DNA of 64,000 nucleotides from the human T2T-CHM13v2.0 reference genome, Homo sapiens: the NCBI RefSeq assembly GCF_009914755.1, contig NC_060929.1; one strand, 5' to 3'. The notes under the pieces are model-generated. The model worked only from the letters and a program-made list of their open reading frames with translations, made no database searches and was not told the DNA's origin. A program made the translations under genes and the position numbers. This document shows, in pieces, positions 52,540-61,300 of the stretch (position 1 is its first letter; every line of letters begins with the position of its first letter).

Positions 52540-55360
52540 TTTTTTCCTGTAAGGCTAGACAGAAGAATTCCCAGTAACTTCCTTGTGTTGTGTACATTCA
52601 ACTCACAGAGTTGAACGTTCCCTTAGACAGAGCAGATTTGAAACACTCTTTTTGTGCAATTGGCAAGTGGAGATTTCAAGCGCTTTAAGGTCAATGGCAG
52701 AAAAGGAAATATCTTCGTTTCAAAACTAGACAGAATCATTCCCACAAACTGCGCTGTGATGTGTTCGTTCATCTCACAGAGTTTAACCTTTCTTTTCATA
52801 GAGCAGTTAGGAAACACTCTGTTTGTAAATTCTGTAAGTGGATATTCTGACATCTTGTGGCCTTCGTTGGAAACGGGATTTCTTCATATTCTGCTAGACA
52901 GAAGAATTCTCAGAATCTTCCTTGTGTTGTGTGTATTCAACTCACACAGTTGAACGATGGTTTACACAGAGCAGATTTGAAACACTCTTTTTGTGGAATT
53001 TGCAAGTGGAGATTTCAGCCGCTTTGAGGTCAATGGTAGAAAAGGAAATATCTTCGTATAAAAACTAGACAGAATGATTCTCAGAAACTTCTTTGTGATG
53101 TGTGCGTTCAACTCACAGGGTTTAACCTTTCTTTTCATAGAGCAGTTAGGAAACACTCTGTTTGTAAACTCTGCAAGTGGATATTCAGACCTCTTTGAGG
53201 CCTTCGTTGGAAACGGGATTTCTTCATACTGTGCTAGACAGAAGAATTCTCAGTAACTTCCTTGTGTTGTGTGTATTCAACTCACAGAGTTGAACGATCC
53301 TTTACACAGAGCAGACTTGTAACACTCTTTTTGTGGAATTTGCAAGTGGAGATTTCAGCCGCTTTGAAGTCAAAGTAGAAAAGGAAATTTCTTCCTATAA
53401 AAACTAGACAGAATGATTCTCAGAAACTCCTTTGTGATGTGTGCGTTCAACTCACAGAGTTTAACCTTTCTTTTCATAGAGCAGTTAGGAAACACTCTGT
53501 TTGTAAAGTCTGCAAGTGGATATTCAGACCTCTTTGAGGCCTTCGTTGGAAACGGGTTTTTTTCATATAAGGCTAGACAGAAGAATTCCCAGTAACTTCC
53601 TTGTGTTGTGTGTGTTCAACTCACAGAGTTGAACTTTCATTTACACAGAGCAGATTTGAAACACTCTTTTTGTGGAATTTGCAGGTGGAGATTTCAAGCG
53701 CTTTGAGGCCAAAGGCAGAAAAGGAAATATCTTCGTATAAAAACTAGACAGAATCATTCTCAGAAACTGCTCTGCGATGTGTGCGTTCAACTCTCAGAGT
53801 TTAACTTTTCTTTTCATTCAGCAGTTTGGAAACACTCTGTTTGTAAAGTCTGCACGTGGATATTTTGACCACTTAGAGGCCTTCGTTGGAGACGGGTTTT
53901 TTTCCTGTAAGGCTAGACAGAAGAATTCCCAGTAACTTCCTTGTGTTGTGTACATTCAACTCACAGAGTTGAACGTTCCCTTAGACAGAGCAGATTTGAA
54001 ACACTCTTTTTGTGCAATTGGCAAGTGGAGATTTCAAGCGCTTTAAGGTCAATGGCAGAAAAGGAAATATCTTCGTTTCAAAACTAGACAGAATCATTCC
54101 CACAAACTGCGCTGTGATGTGTTCGTTCATCTCACAGAGTTTAACCTTTCTTTTCATAGAGCAGTTAGGAAACACTCTGTTTGTAAATTCTGTAAGTGGA
54201 TATTCTGACATCTTGTGGCCTTCGTTGGAAACGGGATTTCTTCATATTCTGCTAGACAGAAGAATTCTCAGAATCTTCCTTGTGTTGTGTGTATTCAACT
54301 CACACAGTTGAACGATGGTTTACACAGAGCAGATTTGAAACACTCTTTTTGTGGAATTTGCAAGTGGAGATTTCAGCCGCTTTGAGGTCAATGGTAGAAA
54401 AGGAAATATCTTCGTATAAAAACTAGACAGAATGATTCTCAGAAACTTCTTTGTGATGTGTGCGTTCAACTCACAGGGTTTAACCTTTCTTTTCATAGAG
54501 CAGTTAGGAAACACTCTGTTTGTAAACTCTGCAAGTGGATATTCAGACCTCTTTGAGGCCTTCGTTGGAAACGGGATTTCTTCATACTGTGCTAGACAGA
54601 AGAATTCTCAGTAACTTCCTTGTGTTGTGTGTATTCAACTCACAGAGTTGAACGATCCTTTACACAGAGCAGACTTGTAACACTCTTTTTGTGGAATTTG
54701 CAAGTGGAGATTTCAGCCGCTTTGAAGTCAAAGTAGAAAAGGAAATTTCTTCCTATAAAAACTAGACAGAATGATTCTCAGAAACTCCTTTGTGATGTGT
54801 GCGTTCAACTCACAGAGTTTAACCTTTCTTTTCATAGAGCAGTTAGGAAACACTCTGTTTGTAAAGTCTGCAAGTGGATATTCAGACCTCTTTGAGGCCT
54901 TCGTTGGAAACGGGTTTTTTTCATATAAGGCTAGACAGAAGAATTCCCAGTAACTTCCTTGTGTTGTGTGTGTTCAACTCACAGAGTTGAACTTTCATTT
55001 ACACAGAGCAGATTTGAAACACTCTTTTTGTGGAATTTGCAGGTGGAGATTTCAAGCGCTTTGAGGCCAAAGGCAGAAAAGGAAATATCTTCGTATAAAA
55101 ACTAGACAGAATCATTCTCAGAAACTGCTCTGCGATGTGTGCGTTCAACTCTCAGAGTTTAACTTTTCTTTTCATTCAGCAGTTTGGAAACACTCTGTTT
55201 GTAAAGTCTGCACGTGGATATTTTGACCACTTAGAGGCCTTCGTTGGAGACGGGTTTTTTTCCTGTAAGGCTAGACAGAAGAATTCCCAGTAACTTCCTT
55301 GTGTTGTGTACATTCAACTCACAGAGTTGAACGTTCCCTTAGACAGAGCAGATTTGAAAC
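52540..55360 (+). repeat. Tandem duplication of a 1358-bp 8-mer variant
   Basis: Shared variants at +1358: gcgctgtgat (~52753/54111), cacagggtt (~53118/54476), ggaaatttct (~53389/54747), ggagacggg (~53891/55249). Confidence 0.9.
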
Positions 55361-58300
55361 ACACTTTTTGTGCAATTGGCAAGTGGAGATTTCAAGCGCT
55401 TTAAGGTCAATGGCAGAAAAGCAAATATCTTCGTTTCAAAACTAGACAGAATCATTCCCACAAACTGCGTTGTGATGTGTTCGTTCATCTCACAGAGTTT
55501 AACCTTTCTTTTCATAGAGCAGTTAGGAAACACTCTGTTTGTAAATTCTGTAAGTGGATATTCTGACATCTTGTGGCCTTCGTTGGAAACGGGATTTCTT
55601 CATATTCTGCTAGACAGAAGAATTCTCAGAATCTTCCTTGTGTTGTGTGTATTCAACTCACACAGTTGAACGATGGTTTACACAGAGCAGATTTGAAACA
55701 CTCTTTTTGTGGAATTTGCAAGTGGAGATTTCAGCCGCTTTGAGGTCAATGGTAGAAAAGGAAATATCTTCGTATAAAAACTAGACAGAATGATTCTCAG
55801 AAACTTCTTTGTGATGTGTGCGTTCAACTCACAGAGTTTAACCTTTCTTTTCATAGAGCAGTTAGGAAACACTCTGTTTGTAAACTCTGCAAGTGGATAT
55901 TCAGACCTCTTTGAGGCCTTCGTTGGAAACGGGATTTCTTCATACTGTGCTAGACAGAAGAATTCTCAGTAACTTCCTTGTGTTGTGTGTATTCAACTCA
56001 CAGAGTTGAACGATCCTTTACACAGAGCAGACTTGAAACACTCTTTTTGTGGAATTTGCAAGTGGAGATTTCAGCCGCGTTGAGGTCAATGGTAGAAAAG
56101 GAAATATCTTCCTATAAAAACTAGACAGAATGATTCTCAGAAACTCCTTTGAGATGTGTGTGTTCAACTCACAGAGTTTAACCTTTCTTTTCATAGAGCA
56201 GTTAGGAATCACTCTGTTTGTAAAGTCTGCAAGTGGATATTCAGACCTCTTTGAGGCCTTCGTTGGAAACGGGTTTTTTTCATATAAGGCTAGACAGAAG
56301 AATTCCCAGTAACTTCCTTGTGTTGTGTGTGTTCAACTCACAGAGTTGAACTTTCATTTACACAGAGCAGATTTGAAACACTCTTTTTGTGGAATTTGCA
56401 AATGGAGATTACAAGCGCTTTGAGGCCAAAGGCAGAAAAGGAAATATCTTCGTATAAAAACTAGACAGAATCATTCTCAGAAACTGCTCTGCGATGTGTG
56501 CGTTCAACTCTCAGAGTTTAACTTTGCTTTTCATTCAGCAGTTTGGAAACACTCTGTTTGTAAAGTCTGCACGTCGATAATTTGACCACTTAGAGGCCTT
56601 CGTTGGAAACGGGTTTTTTTCATGTAAGGCTAGACAGAAGAATTCTCAGTAACTTCCTTGTGTTGTGTGTATTCAACTCACAGAGTTGAACGATCCTTTA
56701 CACAGAGCAGACTTGTAACACTCTTTTTGTGGAATTTGCAAGTGGAGATTTCAGCCGCTTTGAAGTCAAAGGTAGAAAAGGAAATATCTTCCTATAAAAA
56801 CTACACAGAATTATTCTCAGAAACTCCTTTGTGATGTGTGCGTTCAACTCACAGAGTTTAACCTTTCTTTTCATAGAGGAGTTAGGAAACACTCTGTTTG
56901 TAAAGTCTGCAAGTGGATATTCAGCCCTCTTTGAGGCCTTCGTTGGAAACGGGTTTTTTTCATATAAGGCTAGACAGAAGAATTCCCAGTAACTTCCTTG
57001 TGTTGTGTGTGTTCAACTCACAGAGTTGAACTTTCATTTACACAGAGCAGATTTGAAACACTCTTTTTGTGGAATTTGCAATTGGAGATTTCAAGCGCTT
57101 TGAGGCCAAAGGCAGAAAAGGAAATATCTTCGTATAAAAACTAGACAGAATCATTCTCAGAAACTGCTCTGTGATGTGTGCGATCAACTCTCAGAGTTTA
57201 ACTTTTCTTTTCATTCAGCAGTTTGGAAACACTCTGTTTGTAAAGTCTGCACGTGGATAATTTGACCACTTAGAGGCCTTCATTGGAAACGGGTTTTTTT
57301 CATGTAAGGCTAGACAGAAGAGTTCTCAGTAACTTCCTTGTGTTGTGTGTATTCAACTCACACAGTTGAACGATCCTTTACAGAGAGCAGACTTGTAACA
57401 CTCTTTTTGTGGAATTTGCAAGTGGAGATTTCAGCCGCTTTGAAGTCAAAGTAGAAAAGGAAATATCTGCCTATAAAAACTAGACAGAATGATTCTCAGA
57501 AACTCCTTTGTGATGTGTGCGTTCAACTCACAGAGTTTAACCTTTCTTTTCATAGAGCAGTTAGGAAACACTCTGTTTGTAAAGTCTGCAAGTGGATATT
57601 CAGACCTCTTTGAGGCCTTCGTTGGAAACGGGTTTTTTTCATATAAGGCTAGACAGAAGAATTCCCAGTAACTTCCTTGTGTTGTGTGTGTTCAACTCAC
57701 AGAGTTGAACTTTCATTTACACAGAGCAGATTTGAAACACTCTTTTTGTGGAATTTGCAGGTGGAGATTTCAAGCGCTTTGAGGCCAAAGGCAGAAAAGG
57801 AAATATCTTCGTATAAAAACTAGACAGAATCATTCTCAGAAACTGCTCTGCGATGTGTGCGTTCAACTCTCAGAGTTTAACTTTTCTTTTCATTCAGCAG
57901 TTTGGAAACACTCTGTTTGTAAAGTCTTCACGTGGATAATTTGACCACTTAGAGGCCTTCGTTGGAAACGGGTTTTTTTCATGTAAGGCTAGACAGAAGA
58001 ATTCTCAGTAACTTCCTTGTGTTGTGTGTATTCAACTCACAGAGTTGAACGATCCTTTACACAGAGCAGACTTGTAACACTCTTTTTGTGGAATTTGCAA
58101 GTGGAGATTTCAGCCGCTTTGAAGTCAAAGGTAGAAAAGGAAATATCTTCCTATAAAAACTAGACAGAATGATTCTCAGAAACTCCTTTGTGATGTGTGC
58201 GTTCAACTCACAGAGTTTAACCTTTCTTTTCATAGAGCAGTTAGGAAACACTCTGCTTGTAAAGTCTGCAAGTGGATATTCAGCCCTCTTTGAGGCCTTC

Positions 58301-61300
58301 GTTGGAAACGGGTTTTTTTCATATAAGGCTAGACAGAAGAATTCCCAGTAACTTCCTTGTGTTGTGTGTGTTCAACTCACAGAGTTGAACTTTGATTTAC
58401 ACAGAGCAGATTTGAAACACTCTTTTTGTGGAATTTGCAAGTGGAGATTTCAAGCGCTTTGAGGCCAAAGGCAGAAAAGGAAATATCTTCGTATAAAAAC
58501 TAGACAGAATCATTCTCAGAAACTGCTCTGCGATGTGTGCGTTCAACTCTCAGAGTTTAACTTTTCTTTTCATTCAGCAGTTTGGAAACACTCTGTTTGT
58601 AAAGTCTGCACGTGGATATTTTGACCACTTAGAGGCCTTCGTTGGAAACGGGTTTTTTTCCTGTAAGGCTAGACAGAAGAATTCCCAGTAACTTCCTTGT
58701 GTTGTGTACATTCAACTCACAGAGTTGAACGTTCCCTTAGACAGAGCAGATTTGAAACACTCTTTTTGTGCAATTGGCAAGTGGAGATTTCAAGCACTTT
58801 GAGGTCAATGGCAGAAAAGGAAATATCTTCGTTTCAAAACTAGACAGAATCATTCCCACAAACTGCGTTGTGATGTGTTCGTTCATCTCACAGAGTTTAA
58901 CCTTTCTTTTCATAGAGCAGTTAGGAAACAGTCTGTTTGAAAATTCTGTAAGGGGATATTCTGACATCTTGTGGCCTTCGTTGGAAACGGGATTTCTTCA
59001 TATTCTGCTAGACAAAAGAATTCTCAGAATCTTCCTTGTGTTGTGTGTATTCAACTCACAGAGTTGAACGATAGTTTACACAGAGCAGATTTGAAACACT
59101 CATTTGGTGGAATTTGCAAGTGGAGATTTCAGCCGCTTTGAGGTCAATGGTAGAAAAGGAAATATCTTCGTATAACAACTAGACAGAATGATTCTCAGAA
59201 ACTTCTTTGTGATGTGTGTGTTCAACTCACAGTGTTTAACCTTTCTTTTCATAGAGCAGTTAGGAAACACTGTGTTTTTAAACTCTGCAAGTGGATATTC
59301 AGACCTCTTTGAGGCCTTCGTTGGAAACGGGTTTCTTCATACTGTGCTAGACAGAAGAATTCTCAGTAACTTCCTTGTGTTGTGTGTATTCAACTCACAG
59401 AGTTGAACGATCCTTTACACAGAGCAGACTTGAAACACTCTTTTTGTGGAATTTGCAAGTGGAGATTTCAGCCGCGTTGAGGTCAATGGTAGAAAAGGAA
59501 ATATCTTCGTATAAAAACTAGACAGAATGATTCTCAGAAACTCCTTTGTGATGTGTGTGTTCAACTCACAGAGTTTAACATTTCTTTTCATAGAGCAGTT
59601 AGGAAACACTCTGTTTGTAAAGTCTGCAAGTGGATATTCAGACCTCTTTGAGGCCTTCGTTGGAAACGGGTTTTTTTCATATAAGGCTAGACAGAAGAAT
59701 TCCCAGTAACTTCCTTGTGTTGTGTGTGTTCAACTCACAGAGTTGAACTTTGATTTACACAGAGCAGATTTGAAACACTCTTTTTGTGGAATTTGCAAGT
59801 GGAGATTTCAAGCGCTTTGAGGCCAAAGGCAGAAAAGGAAATATCTTCGTATAAAAACTAGACAGAATCATTCTCAGAAACTGCTCTGCGATGTGTGCGT
59901 TCAACTCTCAGAGTTTAACTTTTCTTTTCATTCAGCAGTTTGGAAACACTCTGTTTGTAAAGTCTGCACGTGGATATTTTGACCACTTAGAGGCCTTCGT
60001 TGGAAACGGGTTTTTTTCCTGTAAGGCTAGACAGAAGAATTCCCAGTAACTTCCTTGTGTTGTGTACATTCAACTCACAGAGTTGAACGTTCCCTTAGAC
60101 AGAGCAGATTTGAAACACACTTTTTGTGCAATTGGCAAGTGGAGATTTCAAGCGCTTTAAGGTCAATGGCATAAAAGGAAATATCTTCGTTTCAAAACTA
60201 GACAGAATCATTCCCACAAACTGCGTTGTGATGTGCTCGTTCATCTCACAGAGTTTAACCTTTCTTTTCATAGAGCAGTTAGGAAACACTCTGTTTGTAA
60301 ATTCTGTAAGTGGATATTCTGACATCTTGTGGCCTTCGCTGGAAACGGGATTTCTTCATATTCTGCTAGACAGAAGAATTCTCAGAATCTTCCTTGTGTT
60401 GTGTGTATTCAACTCACACAGTTGAACGATGGTTTACACAGAGCAGATTTGAAACACTCTTTTTGTGGAATTTGCAAGTGGAGATTTCAGCCGCTTTGAG
60501 GTCAATGGTAGAAAAGGAAATATCTTCGTATAAAAACTAGACAGAATGATTCTCAGAAACTTCTTTGTGATGTGTGCGTTCAACTCAGAGAGTTTAACAT
60601 TTCTTTTCATAGAGCAGTTAGGAAACACTCTGTTTGTAAACTCTGCAAGTGGATATTCAGACCTCTTCGAGGTCTTCGTTGGAAACGGGATTTCTTCATA
60701 CTGTGCTAGACAGAAGAATTCTCAGTAACTTCCTTGTGTTGTGTGTATTCAACTCACAGAGTTGAACGATCCTTTACACAGAGCAGACTTGGAACACTCT
60801 TTTTGTGGAATTTGCAAGTGGAGATTTCAGCCGCGTTGAGGTCAATGGTAGAAAAGGAAATATCTTCGTATAAAAACTAGACAGAATGATTCTCAGAAAC
60901 TCCTTTGAGATGTGTGTGTTCAACTCACAGAGTTTAACCTTTCTTTTCATAGAGCAGTTAGGAATCACTCTGTTTGTAAAGTCTGCAAGTGGATATTCAG
61001 ACCTCTTTGAGGCCTTCGTTGGAAACGGGTTTTTTTCATATAAGGCTAGACAGAAGAATTCCCAGTAACTTCCTTGTGTTGTGTGTGTTCAACTCACAGA
61101 GTTGAACTTTCATTTACACAGAGCAGATTTGAAACACTCTTTTTGTGGAATTTGCAAATGGAGATTTCAAGCGCTTTGAGGCCAAAGGCAGAAAAGGAAA
61201 TATCTTCGTATAAAAACTAGACAGAATCATTCTCAGAAACTGCTCTGCGATGTGTGCGTTCAACTCTCAGAGTTTAACTTTGCTTTTCATTCAGCAGTTT

